DNA of 64,000 bases from an uncultured Chloroflexia bacterium (GCA_963713975.1 OY970218.1:1312001-1376000); one strand, 5' to 3'. Numbered from the stretch's first letter, positions 42,101 through 50,820 are shown. The notes: generated from the sequence alone by a model not told the origin. Numbers and translations are program-made.

Positions 42101-42232
42101 CCCCGTCGCGGAGACGATCATCACGCCCGAAGGCGCCGCAGACGCGGCCGCAAGCACGCTCGGCCCCCCGACGAGCACGCCGAGAGCGGCGCACAGCGCG
42201 AACACGTGACGGACTGCCGGATGCCGACTCAT
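39107..42232 (-). CDS. Large secreted/surface protein with beta-propeller-like repeats and two putative Ig (He_PIG) domains
   Basis: Signal peptide; repeats of the form xPxGxGxWxxxxDGxVxxxGDA; LPEGLSLSPTGLLAGTP and LPDGLTLDPDGTISGTP. Confidence 0.8.
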   Translation of the reverse strand: MSRHPAVRHVFALCAALGVLVGGPSVLAAASAAPSGVMIVSATGATRSVDVPAFARKPTLQVVDLSLSPSGRGYVTLDVGGTITSYGDAAHFSRVSFPRLFAFPTAIVLTQTGRGAYVGFLDGTVRALGDADPVGGPAGGRSHLFPPLVDIVIAPGGDGVWALRSDGEVQELGGAQPIPDAPVSTSPAVGIAATPTGEGAWVARLNGSVAALGDAEGERGPRGSSAPRVSDIASFGAEGWALVDLAGRVEVRDGTPTALPGTGVGFVAIDSLAATSAVSGAGNGAPVTTKVIAPPAVLGASGDPAGALSVTLPCYVADGPTPLTPGDVLAASVGEHTPDGLLRRVLSIGACANGALVVTTEPATLSDAMPEGEISLSFDPSDLELPDFEPTTTDGFIEAIPTSLVSGMVSGSARAHGRARAQGSATAAGIAAAAGGAVGTIAEPGRFRFGCPSDSGDDDPVLKVKPVFSLEPDVVFNATWDDEEAHIRAGLGLQGELGAEFSATGTVACNATFAFLDDYSLGTKVIFVGPVPVVVRPEVSIEAKLEGKAEVELTASASATGSMSGVVKIDIEPGSSGSVDFDSEALFTGNLTTELEGKLEASFTLKPSVGFLLYGVVAPTLALESGLTATLAPCKNPNLKLEQPAKLKVSLKPSDWFGEMLEPLANIDLEVENEWALAGSPYLLASTHIPTPLPCEETTTLPDGTTGQPYSEQLAVQIPDGASNPVYSLAAGSVLPEGLSLSPTGLLAGTPEESGFFMLTADVGHTLGSSSGFFELAIVEDSLRITTESLPGADLDTAYSVVLGANRPADELVWTITSGQLPDGLTLDPDGTISGTPTKAGSFPVTVQVEDPEWGETATKALSIAVLGNDSDSATIHAQFAYPGPITDSDCLENPLTSGGFGSGTLEVAASAHLQSDGTILVLVTGGTYVYSVFDYACIWNGSSNQALPTWQNTFSGNALVQASLLTDTSTALYFGFQGTGTYVHFYGGAPQSYTDEGGSIPVTIIRDGSGTPVALDFTGGMGGFEGAVTTSTGYVPIVQP

Positions 42233-42375
42233 CGCTCCTCCTCGGGGACCTCGCAGGCGACAGCGATCTCGACAGGGGATTTGCTCGCTCGCCTCTGCGC
42301 CATGGAGCCGACGCTACGGCGTGCCGCCCGCTCGCGATAGTGCGGATCTCCACACGAAATCGACGCCGGCCAGGG

Positions 42376-42521
42376 GCGCGGCAACACGCTACCGGCGCCG
42401 GGAGCCACGACCGCCCACGCCAGCGTCGTCCTCACCGGCGACCGGGGTGCTGGTCACCGGGGGCCTGGGTCAGCGGTTCGAGCGCCCCTTGGAGGTGTAG
42501 TCGCCGCCCGTCCTGGGCTCG
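42376..42521 (+). repeat. Right copy of the diverged direct duplication
   Basis: Matches 38956-39074 as above. Confidence 0.85.
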
Positions 42522-43054
42522 ATCAGCCCGTAGTTGCCATCCTTGCGGCGATAGATCACCGCGACCCGCTCGGTCTCGGCGTTGACGAAGACGTAGAAGT
42601 CGTGTCCGAGGTCCTCCATCGCGGCGACGGCGTCCTCCTCGAACATCGGCTCGATCGCGAACCGCTTGGTCTTGACGATCTTGCGCTCCGGCGTGTCATC
42701 CGACGTCCCGTCGGCGATCCGGGCCAGGAGCACCTTCTCCTCGTCCGGCCTGGAGCGGACGCGCGGCTTCTCCTTGAAGTCCTTCGCCTGGCGCTCGACC
42801 TTGTCCACGACGGCGTCGATCGCTGCCTGGTACGACGAACCGGTTGCCCGGCTCTTCAGCGTCTTGCCGTCGATGACGAGCGTGACGTCCGCGATGTGTG
42901 CGTCGGCCGCGCTCCGGTGCGCCTCGTTGGACAGTTCCACGATGGCGTCCGTGCGGTCATCGAGGAGCCTCTCGAGACGGGCGAACTTGCGCTCCGCGTA
43001 CTCCCGGACCCGGTCCGGAACCTCGAGGTTCTTGCCCCTGACGATCGTCCTCAC
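42470..43054 (-). CDS. hpf: Long ribosome hibernation promoting factor
   Basis: IVRGKNLEV, AAIDAVVDKVERQ, KRFAIEPM, LGHDFYVF, YRRKDGNYGLIEP; GGAGG RBS. Confidence 0.93.
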   Translation of the reverse strand: MRTIVRGKNLEVPDRVREYAERKFARLERLLDDRTDAIVELSNEAHRSAADAHIADVTLVIDGKTLKSRATGSSYQAAIDAVVDKVERQAKDFKEKPRVRSRPDEEKVLLARIADGTSDDTPERKIVKTKRFAIEPMFEEDAVAAMEDLGHDFYVFVNAETERVAVIYRRKDGNYGLIEPRTGGDYTSKGRSNR

Positions 43055-43190
43055 GGGTGACCTCCCGGCGCGTGCAGCGCCTGGCTGTGGGGGCGAGGGG
43101 GCCCGCGAGTCGGACCCCACTCGGAGTTCGAGTATAGCCACCGGGAGCCGCTCGCCCGGTAGGGCCGCAGGTCCCCCGGTGCCCGTACGA

Positions 43191-43865
43191 TCATCGTTCG
43201 CGGGCAACCGTGATCGCGCTCACGGCATCCGCTCCGCCATCGAGGAGCGCCCGCGCCGCCGCGCACAGGGTGGCCCCGGTGGTCACCACGTCATCCACCA
43301 GCACGACCCACCGGCCGGCGATGGACGCCCGCGAGCCTGGGTCAACAGCGAACGCGTTCGCGACGTTCGTGGCACGGTGGCCGCGATCCAGCCGGTACTG
43401 CGCCGCCGTCGCCCGCGTGCGCACCACGGCGGCCTGCCAGGGCATTCCGAGCCGCCCTGCCGCCGCCTCCGCGATCAGGGCGGCCTGGTCGTAGCCGCGT
43501 TCCCTGCGTCGGCCCGCATGGACGGGCACCGGGACCAGCAGCTGGCCACCGGCACCTGCCCGGCGCCAGCGCTCCGCGATCACGGCGCCCAGTGGCATCG
43601 CCAGCCGCCGTTCTCCCGCGTACTTGAGCGCGTGCAGCGCCCGCCGGGTCGTTCCCGCAAACGGGGCGCACCACTCCAGCTGGAGCAGGGGATCCGGTGG
43701 GCCGTCCGCGAGACCCAGCGGCGTCCCCGCCGTCAGCCCCACCCGTGGTCCCAGGGTCGGCAGGCAGCCGCGGCAGATCGCCTCGCCCTCGCGCCCGCAT
43801 CCCGCGCAGACCGGCGGCAGGGCGAGGTCCAGGAGGCGGCTCGCAGGCCGCAGGAATGCCGTCAC
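43191..43865 (-). CDS. comF: ComF family protein (zinc ribbon plus PRTase domain)
   Basis: PVCAGC...ICRGC, LKY, RGYDQA, LVDDVVTTGAT. Confidence 0.9.
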   Translation of the reverse strand: MTAFLRPASRLLDLALPPVCAGCGREGEAICRGCLPTLGPRVGLTAGTPLGLADGPPDPLLQLEWCAPFAGTTRRALHALKYAGERRLAMPLGAVIAERWRRAGAGGQLLVPVPVHAGRRRERGYDQAALIAEAAAGRLGMPWQAAVVRTRATAAQYRLDRGHRATNVANAFAVDPGSRASIAGRWVVLVDDVVTTGATLCAAARALLDGGADAVSAITVARER

Positions 43866-44016
43866 GTCGAGGTCACCAGAGCAGGATCCCGCCGAGATCG
43901 CCCGGACGTTCCCTCGTGGTCATGGATGGCAGGATGCTCCGCGCCACTTGTCCGCGACTCACCAGGTTCAGCGGCGTAAGCGGGGCCCCGCACCGCACCT
44001 CGCGCCTACGCGCCCG

Positions 44017-44412
44017 TTACGTGCTCTCCACGATCTCCAGGCGGTCGCCGACGGCGGTCCCCGTGGCATCGATGGTCCCGACCGGCAACTCGAGCACGCC
44101 GTCCGCGCCCCAGATCAGCGGGACCAGCCCCGTCCAGGCGCGCAGGCCCGGATGCACCGACTTGACGGTGCGGGCCCCGTCAGGTGCGGGCTTCGAGACG
44201 AAGACGGCATCGATCGGGAAGCGCATGAACATCATGTGGATGCCGTTGCTGGCGGGCAGCCACAGGCCGTGACCCGGAGGCAGCGAAGCCCGGCCCATCA
44301 GCCCCTTGAACTTCGCCCACAGCGACCCGGCCGTCTCGAGTCGCTCGACGAGGACGGTCCCCCTGTCCACGTTGCGGGCGACGCCGGGGGCGCCGCCCGT
44401 GGTGGGGCTCAG
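44017..44412 (-). CDS. DUF192 domain protein
   Basis: KGLMGR, IHMMFMRFPIDAVF, VLELP; start either GTG 44370 or CTG 44412. Confidence 0.85.
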   Translation of the reverse strand: MSPTTGGAPGVARNVDRGTVLVERLETAGSLWAKFKGLMGRASLPPGHGLWLPASNGIHMMFMRFPIDAVFVSKPAPDGARTVKSVHPGLRAWTGLVPLIWGADGVLELPVGTIDATGTAVGDRLEIVEST

Positions 44413-44439
44413 GATCGAGCTCCTGTTGGAGCCCGCACC

Positions 44440-45384
44440 CTACACGTTGCCGCTGAGGCCGGTGATGATCAGGATGATGGCGGGGCCAAGGATGACGATG
44501 AACAGCGACGGGAAGATGCACCCGACCAGCGGGAAGAGCATCTTGATCGGCGCCTTGGCCGCCATCTCCTCGGCACGCTGGCGGCGCTCGATGCGCAGCT
44601 GCTCGGACTGGACCTGGAGCACCTTGCTGATGGAGACGCCCAGCTGCTCGGCCTGGATGATGGCGCCGATGAAGTTGGTGAGCGCCCCGACCTCGGAGCG
44701 AGGGACGATGTCCCGCAGCGCGTCACGCCGCGGCTTGCCCACCCGGATCTCCGCCAGGGCCCGCCGGAACTCGTCGGGGAGGGGACCCTTGAGCTTCTCC
44801 ACGACCTTGCCCAGGGCGCCGTCGAAGCCGAGCCCGGCACGGACGGAGATCGTGAGCAGGTCGAGCGCATCCGGGATCTGGAGCAGGATGGCCTTCTGGC
44901 GCTTCTTGATGCGGCCGCCCAGCCAGAACTCGGGCAGCGAGTAGCCGAGGTACAGGCCGACCGGGATCAGGATGAGATTGAGCGGGAACGAGAGGACCGA
45001 CACCACGCCCGGGAAGACGAACAGCAGGACGGCGACGGCGGCCCCGATGATCGCGCCGATGGTCTTGATGCCCATCCAGTCCGCGGTCCGGAGCTCGCCG
45101 GGGTTGCCGGCCAGCGCCAGGCGCTTCTCGGTGGACTGTGTGAACGACACGCTCGCCATCCGCGACGCCCGGCCCGAGAGGCGGCCCATCAGCGGACGGA
45201 CGGTCCGGTCGAACAGCGGCTGCTGGAGCTCCAGCTCCTCGAGGTTCTTGGCCTGCATAGTGCCAAGCTGGCTGAGCCGGGCCTGGACCGGGTCGACCTG
45301 CGGCCCGGAGGCCAGGCCGATGAAAATCAACAGGATCGCGCCGGCTGCGATCGCCGCCACGACGAGGGGCAGTACGCCATCCAT
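44440..45384 (-). CDS. tadC: Tad pilus platform protein TadC (T2SSF domain)
   Basis: PDALDLL, AGLGFD, QAEQLG, KAPIKMLFP. Confidence 0.92.
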   Translation of the reverse strand: MDGVLPLVVAAIAAGAILLIFIGLASGPQVDPVQARLSQLGTMQAKNLEELELQQPLFDRTVRPLMGRLSGRASRMASVSFTQSTEKRLALAGNPGELRTADWMGIKTIGAIIGAAVAVLLFVFPGVVSVLSFPLNLILIPVGLYLGYSLPEFWLGGRIKKRQKAILLQIPDALDLLTISVRAGLGFDGALGKVVEKLKGPLPDEFRRALAEIRVGKPRRDALRDIVPRSEVGALTNFIGAIIQAEQLGVSISKVLQVQSEQLRIERRQRAEEMAAKAPIKMLFPLVGCIFPSLFIVILGPAIILIITGLSGNV

Positions 45385-45387
45385 GCG

Positions 45388-46404
45388 CTAGACCTCGATA
45401 TCCACGATTTTGCGAATGAACATGAAGCCCATGAACATCGAGAAGCCACCCAGGATCAGGATGATCACGCCTCCGGGCAGCCCCATCAGGCTGACGCGGT
45501 CGTCGAACATCGGCTCCATGAACCCTGGTGCCGCGATGAACAGGAAGCCTGCCAGGGCGATGGGCAGGAAGCCCACCACGTAGCCCGACATGCGCTGCTG
45601 GGCGGTCAGGGTCCGGATCTCGCCCTGGATCCGGACGCGCTCACGGATCGTGTACGCGATGGAGTCCAGGATTTCCGCCAGGTTGCCGCCGACGGTGTGC
45701 TGGATGGAGATGGCCGTGGCCATCAGCTCCAGGTCGTCCGACTTCACGCGTCGGACCATGTTCTCCAGCGCCACATCGAACGAGAGACCCAGGTTGACCT
45801 CGCGGATCACGCGCCCGAACTCGGTCGAGATCGGCGGCCGCGACTCGCGGACGACAAGCTCGATGGCCTGGAGGAACGAGGAGCCGGCGCGCAGCGCGTT
45901 CGCGATCAGGGTGATCGTGTCCGGGAGCTGCTTGTTGAAGGAGCCCAGGCGACCGTTCTTCCGTCGTCCCAGCCAGAAGCGGGGGAGCATGAAGCCGACC
46001 AGCGCGCCGATGAGGAGGATGATCGGGTTGGCCAGGCTCGGCAGCACCACCGAGAGGGCCATCATCGCGAGCGGGATGCCAAGCGTGGTGCCCGCCCAGA
46101 TCAGGAGGTACTCGCTCGGCTTGAGCTTGAGGTCCGCGCGGGCGATCTCCCGCGCGAGGTTGGTGCCGAAGTCCCGCTGCTCCACCACCTTGTTGAGCTG
46201 CGCGAGCGCCTGGCTGCTCTGGAGGGCGGCCGCGAGGCCGCCGTCACCGGTTGCGGTGGCGGCCGGCGCGTCGGGCTTGGTCGAGGCATAGCGTTCCAGC
46301 CGGGCGTTGATCCCGGAGCCTCCACCGGACATCGCGATCCCCACCGCGATCAGCAGGATCGCGAGTGCGGCGATGCCGGCGATGGCGAGGGTCATGGTGT
46401 CCAT
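45388..46404 (-). CDS. tadB: Tad pilus platform protein TadB
   Basis: QLPDTI, LRAG, GGNLAEIL, TAQQRMS. Confidence 0.92.
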   Translation of the reverse strand: MDTMTLAIAGIAALAILLIAVGIAMSGGGSGINARLERYASTKPDAPAATATGDGGLAAALQSSQALAQLNKVVEQRDFGTNLAREIARADLKLKPSEYLLIWAGTTLGIPLAMMALSVVLPSLANPIILLIGALVGFMLPRFWLGRRKNGRLGSFNKQLPDTITLIANALRAGSSFLQAIELVVRESRPPISTEFGRVIREVNLGLSFDVALENMVRRVKSDDLELMATAISIQHTVGGNLAEILDSIAYTIRERVRIQGEIRTLTAQQRMSGYVVGFLPIALAGFLFIAAPGFMEPMFDDRVSLMGLPGGVIILILGGFSMFMGFMFIRKIVDIEV

Positions 46405-46424
46405 GTGGCGGCCTCCCCGTTCCG

Positions 46425-47843
46425 CTAGTAGCTGAAGCCGAAGAGGCCCGGCGGCAGGTGAATGCCCTGGACCTCGAACTTCTCGACGAACTTGGGCCGG
46501 ATGCCGGTCGGCTTGAGGCGGCCCTGGATCTTGCCCTCGATGACGCCGGTCTGCTCGAAGACGAACACGTCCTGCATCACGATGACGTCACCCTCCATGC
46601 CCTGGACCTCGGTGATGTTCGTGATCCGCCGCGTCCCGTCCTTGAGGCGGGCCTGGTGGACGATGACGTCCACCGCGGAGGCGATTTGCTCCCGGATGGC
46701 GCGGACGGGAAGGTCAACGCCGGCCATGAGGACCATGGTCTCCAGTCGGGAGAGCATGTCGCGGGGGCTGTTGGCGTGGCCCGTGGACATGGAGCCGTCG
46801 TGGCCCGTGTTCATGGCCTGGAGCATGTCCAGCGCCTCGCCCGAGCGGCACTCGCCGACGATGATCCGGTCGGGCCGCATCCGGAGCGAGTTCCGGACGA
46901 GCTCGCGGATCGGGATCTGGCCCTTGCCCTCGATGTTGGGTGGGCGGGACTCCAGGGTCACCACGTGCTCCTGGCGGAGCTGGAGCTCTGCGGCGTCCTC
47001 GATCGTCACGATGCGCTCGTCGTTCGGGATGAACGAGGAGAGCACGTTGAGCGTCGTGGTCTTGCCGGAGCCCGTGCCGCCGGAGACGAACACGTTGAGG
47101 CGCGCCTCGACGGCGGCTCGCAGGAACTCGAACATGTCCGGCGTGGCGGTCCCGAACCGGATGAGGTCGTCAACCGTGAACGGGCTCGCGGAGAACTTCC
47201 GGATGGTGATGACCGGGCCCACCAGGGACAGCGGCGGGATGATGGCGTTGACACGGGAGCCGTCCGTGAGGCGCGCATCCACCATCGGGGACGACTCGTC
47301 CACTCGACGGCCGATCGGGGCGATGATCCGGTCGATGATGCGCATCACGTGGTCGTCGTTCTGGAACACGACGTTCGTGAGCTCCAGGCGGCCGCTGCGC
47401 TCGATGTAGACCTGGCGCGGGCCGTTGACCATGACTTCCGAGATGCTCTCGTCGCGGAGCAGCGGCTCCAGCGGGCCGAGGCCGATGATCTCGTCGGTGA
47501 TCTGCTCCAGCATCCGCACCCGCTCCGCGCGGGTGAGGGCCAGGCCCTCCTCGTCGATGACCTTGCCGAAGATCTCCTCGATCTGGCGGCGGACCTCGAC
47601 CTGGTTGGACAGGTCGAGCTTCGGATCCAGGTCCTGGATGACGCGGTTCTGGAGCCGGAACTTCACGTCCCGGAAGGACTCGCGGACCGGCGTCTGGGTC
47701 ATCAGCCGGCCGGAAGCCGTCGGGCTGGGTGGCTGGGCAGCGCCTCCCGAGCCGCCCGGTGCCGGGACGGGAACGTTGCTCGACCCGCCGGGTGCCGCTT
47801 CGGCGCCGGGACGGGCGCTTTCGATGCGCTTCAGGAGACTCAT
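46425..47843 (-). CDS. cpaF: Tad pilus ATPase CpaF/TadA
   Basis: GGTGSGKTT, TIEDAAEL, RMRPDRIIVGE, MNTGHDG. Confidence 0.96.
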   Translation of the reverse strand: MSLLKRIESARPGAEAAPGGSSNVPVPAPGGSGGAAQPPSPTASGRLMTQTPVRESFRDVKFRLQNRVIQDLDPKLDLSNQVEVRRQIEEIFGKVIDEEGLALTRAERVRMLEQITDEIIGLGPLEPLLRDESISEVMVNGPRQVYIERSGRLELTNVVFQNDDHVMRIIDRIIAPIGRRVDESSPMVDARLTDGSRVNAIIPPLSLVGPVITIRKFSASPFTVDDLIRFGTATPDMFEFLRAAVEARLNVFVSGGTGSGKTTTLNVLSSFIPNDERIVTIEDAAELQLRQEHVVTLESRPPNIEGKGQIPIRELVRNSLRMRPDRIIVGECRSGEALDMLQAMNTGHDGSMSTGHANSPRDMLSRLETMVLMAGVDLPVRAIREQIASAVDVIVHQARLKDGTRRITNITEVQGMEGDVIVMQDVFVFEQTGVIEGKIQGRLKPTGIRPKFVEKFEVQGIHLPPGLFGFSY

Positions 47844-47889
47844 TCGTCACACCCCTTCGACCACGAACGGCCGTTGAACTGCTGCCGCG

Positions 47890-49158
47890 TCATCGCCATG
47901 CGAACAGCGACTTCTTCTGTGCGCTCTTGCGGGCCGGCTCGCCAGCCTCGACGGCGCTGGTTCCCACGATCGCCGTCGCGAGCCGCAGGATGTCCTGGGA
48001 CACCTGTGCCTCGCGGTTGGACAGGAAGAACGGCACACCCCGATTGAGCGCGTACACCACGCTCCGGCCATCGGAGACGATGGTGTGGTCCACCCGCCTG
48101 CCGATCGAGTGTTCGACATCCGCGACGCGGATGCCCAACGACGAGTCGGCGCGGTTGAGCACGAGCCGGATCTTGTCCGACGCGTAGCCCAGCTGTTCCG
48201 CCACCTCGAGGAATAGGCGGATGTTCTTGATCGAGGTGATCTCGAGCGACAGCATCGTGAGGACGGTGTCGGCGAGATCGAGGATGGAGAGCGTGGTGTC
48301 GTTGAAGGACGACATGCAGTCCACGATCACCAGGTCATGGTCGGCGCGGAGCGCCTCCAGCATGTGCTTGGCGACGATCGGCGTGATCAGCTCGGCCGTC
48401 TCGGGAGACGGCGGGGCGAGGAGCACGCGGATGCCGGAGGAATGGTTGATCAGGAACGTGTCGATGGATTCGGGCTCACCCGTCTCGAGCTCCGGGATGA
48501 TGTCCGCGATGGACTTGTTCTTGGGGTTGAGGTTGAGCAGGACGCCGACGTCGCCGAACTGGAAGGAGGCATCCACCAGGCACACGCGCTGGCCAAGCTC
48601 CGTCGCCGCGGCGACTGCGAAGTTCACCGCGAGCGTGGTCCGTCCCACGCCGCCCTTGGGTCCGAACACGGCCACGACACGGCCGGGCTCCGCGTCCTCC
48701 CCGGAAGCCGCGGCAGCCCTAGTCTCTGCCGCGGACCCGTTGGCCGGCGCGGGCCTCACGGCGATCCGGGACAGCTTGTCCTGTTCCCGCATGTAGACCT
48801 GGCGGATTGAGGAGGTCAGCTCGTCGCTGGAGAACGGCTTGACCAGGAACTCGCGCGCACCCGCAAGCATCGAGCGGCGGAGGTAGTCCGCCTCGCCCTG
48901 CACGGACATCATCACCACCGCGGTGGACGGGACCTCTGCGGCCATCCGCTCCGTGGCGGCGATGCCGTCCATGTCCGGCATGTTGATGTCCATGAGGGCG
49001 ACGTCCGGCATGAGCCGGGCGGCCATCTCGAGGGCTTCGCGTCCGGACGCCGCCGCCCCGACGACCTCGAAATCAGCCTCGAAGCCAAGCAGCTTCGCGA
49101 GGTGATCGCGGGTCTCCGGGATGTCGTCGACGATGAGAACGCGGATCTGGTCTGCCAT
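47890..49158 (-). CDS. cpaE: CpaE/TadZ: receiver domain plus MinD/ParA-like ATPase
   Basis: VLIVDD, MDINMP, KPF; KGGVGRTT. Confidence 0.9.
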   Translation of the reverse strand: MADQIRVLIVDDIPETRDHLAKLLGFEADFEVVGAAASGREALEMAARLMPDVALMDINMPDMDGIAATERMAAEVPSTAVVMMSVQGEADYLRRSMLAGAREFLVKPFSSDELTSSIRQVYMREQDKLSRIAVRPAPANGSAAETRAAAASGEDAEPGRVVAVFGPKGGVGRTTLAVNFAVAAATELGQRVCLVDASFQFGDVGVLLNLNPKNKSIADIIPELETGEPESIDTFLINHSSGIRVLLAPPSPETAELITPIVAKHMLEALRADHDLVIVDCMSSFNDTTLSILDLADTVLTMLSLEITSIKNIRLFLEVAEQLGYASDKIRLVLNRADSSLGIRVADVEHSIGRRVDHTIVSDGRSVVYALNRGVPFFLSNREAQVSQDILRLATAIVGTSAVEAGEPARKSAQKKSLFAWR

Positions 49159-49291
49159 GTCCTGCTGGATTGACCTCAGGAGCTTCTGTCGTGTTCGCGG
49201 GAGGTGTGCTCCCGCACTGCTTCGCCGGGGTCGCGGATCGGCCGGCTGGTGACCGGCCGATCACGCGGGTCCGCGAGTGAGCCCGCCGGGG

Positions 49292-50212
49292 CTAGGGCTT
49301 GGGTGTCGCGACCGAGCCGGGCAGCGGCGTGGGCTGGATCACCTGGACCACGGTCGGCGGGATGACCCCGCGGTCGTCGACGAGGCGGCGCAGCGTGATG
49401 CCGGTGGTCGGTACGACCGGGCAGTACGTGACGCCGTCGACGGGCTTGGTCGTGCAATCCGCAGACGAGCGCAGCACCAGCGAGATGTCGCCGTCGATCT
49501 GGCTGAACTTGATGACCTCGGCGTCCTGGGCGGGCACCGCGAGGATGACGATCTGCTGCTGGCCGTTGAGGGTCGTCGTCGTGCCATCCGGCGCGGCGCT
49601 CGGGCTCGGCTCCGCGGACTGCGGCGGCTCCGGCAGCAGGGTGCCGAGGACCTGGAGGCCCTGGGCCAGGATCTTGACCGAGGTGTGGTTGTAGAGCTCG
49701 TCCGGGTACTTCTCGTAGGCCGTGCCTGCCGGGAAGACCAGCGGCACCTTCTCGATCGTGGTGAAGCCGGTCACGAGGTCCACGAAGTCACCGGGCTTGA
49801 TGATGGTGCCCACGCCCGTGACCTGGTCCACCTGGATGCTCATGGCCACGAAGCCGGCCGGCGTCTCGATGTTCTGGATCGCGCCGCTCGCGTTGAGGAC
49901 GGCGCTGGTGATCAGCTGGCCGGACGTCACGCTGGACCGGGCGACCTGGCCGATGACCAGGGACGGGTCCCCATAGGAGTCCACCGGCTTGTCGTCGACC
50001 GGGAAGTCCTTGGTGGACAGGTCGGACTGCTGGATGGTGGCACCCAGGTCGATGTCCTTCGCGGCGACCACCACCTTTGCGGTGGCCGGCGAGGCCGACG
50101 GGCGGTTGTCGCCGACGCCGCCTCCGCCGCCGAGCATCATGACGATGAGGATGAACGCGACGATTGCGAGAAAGATCCCGATCAGCAGGACCAGTCGATT
50201 CGAGCGCTTCAA
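49292..50212 (-). CDS. cpaB: Flp pilus assembly protein CpaB/RcpC
   Basis: TM helix; SAF domain VVVAAKDI; PGDFVD; TTG start. Confidence 0.88.
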   Translation of the reverse strand: MKRSNRLVLLIGIFLAIVAFILIVMMLGGGGGVGDNRPSASPATAKVVVAAKDIDLGATIQQSDLSTKDFPVDDKPVDSYGDPSLVIGQVARSSVTSGQLITSAVLNASGAIQNIETPAGFVAMSIQVDQVTGVGTIIKPGDFVDLVTGFTTIEKVPLVFPAGTAYEKYPDELYNHTSVKILAQGLQVLGTLLPEPPQSAEPSPSAAPDGTTTTLNGQQQIVILAVPAQDAEVIKFSQIDGDISLVLRSSADCTTKPVDGVTYCPVVPTTGITLRRLVDDRGVIPPTVVQVIQPTPLPGSVATPKP

Positions 50213-50420
50213 AGAATTTCTCCCCGAGCCGTAGTGACAGGTGGCACCACTCTAGCACCGCGATTCCAGCCCGCGACTAGCCAAAAGGGCTAGGACCGTT
50301 AGGAGGATTTGGGCAGATGCTCTGCGTGCCGCAAGGTGGATTGCAAGGATGCCTAGTGGTGGCTGCATTCTGGCACCCGCCGGCCGTGCCGGGAAGTACC
50401 CAACGGATGTCCGAAAACGG

Positions 50421-50450
50421 ACAACCCGCCGGGAGCGCCCGGCGGGTTGT
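50421..50450 (-). terminator. Terminator after flp copy C
   Basis: 13-bp perfect stem followed by CCGTTTT on the minus strand. Confidence 0.75.
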
Positions 50451-50472
50451 GGCCGAATGAGGGCTGACCTTG

Positions 50473-50652
50473 CTAGATCGCGTCGCCGATGACGCTGAGC
50501 TTGTCGCTGATCTGGCTGCCCAGAAAGAGCAGGGCCACGATCGAGACGATCGCGATGAGGGCGAGGATGAGTGCGTATTCGGCGAGCCCCTGGCCATCTT
50601 CGTCGTCATAGGACGCGAAGGACAGCGCCAGGACCGCCAGCTTCGTGAGCAC
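50473..50652 (-). CDS. flp: Flp/Fap type IVb pilin (copy C)
   Basis: DEDG|QGLAEYALI Flp motif; AAGGAGGT RBS; GTG start. Confidence 0.92.
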   Translation of the reverse strand: MLTKLAVLALSFASYDDEDGQGLAEYALILALIAIVSIVALLFLGSQISDKLSVIGDAI

Positions 50653-50781
50653 GGCTGCGATCACCTCCTTCCGGGGCGTGATGCCCGAATACCGGTTCAT
50701 GCGAACACGGTACCGATCACCGTCGGCGGGTCAACCAGCCGTTGGTCCCCCCGGTGCCCGACGGAACCGGTCCGAAAACAG

Positions 50782-50820
50782 CGTCGCCGGCTGACTGGTC
50801 TGAGACCGCAGCCGGCGACG
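50782..50820 (-). terminator. Terminator after flp copy B
   Basis: 12-bp stem CGTCGCCGGCTG/CAGCCGGCGACG followed by CTGTTTT on the minus strand. Confidence 0.7.

Noticed and set aside
50213-50420. c-di-GMP riboswitch upstream of cpaB
   Set aside because: No GGCAAA-type P1/GNRA-receptor pattern was recognisable; the region is better explained by promoter and operator elements.
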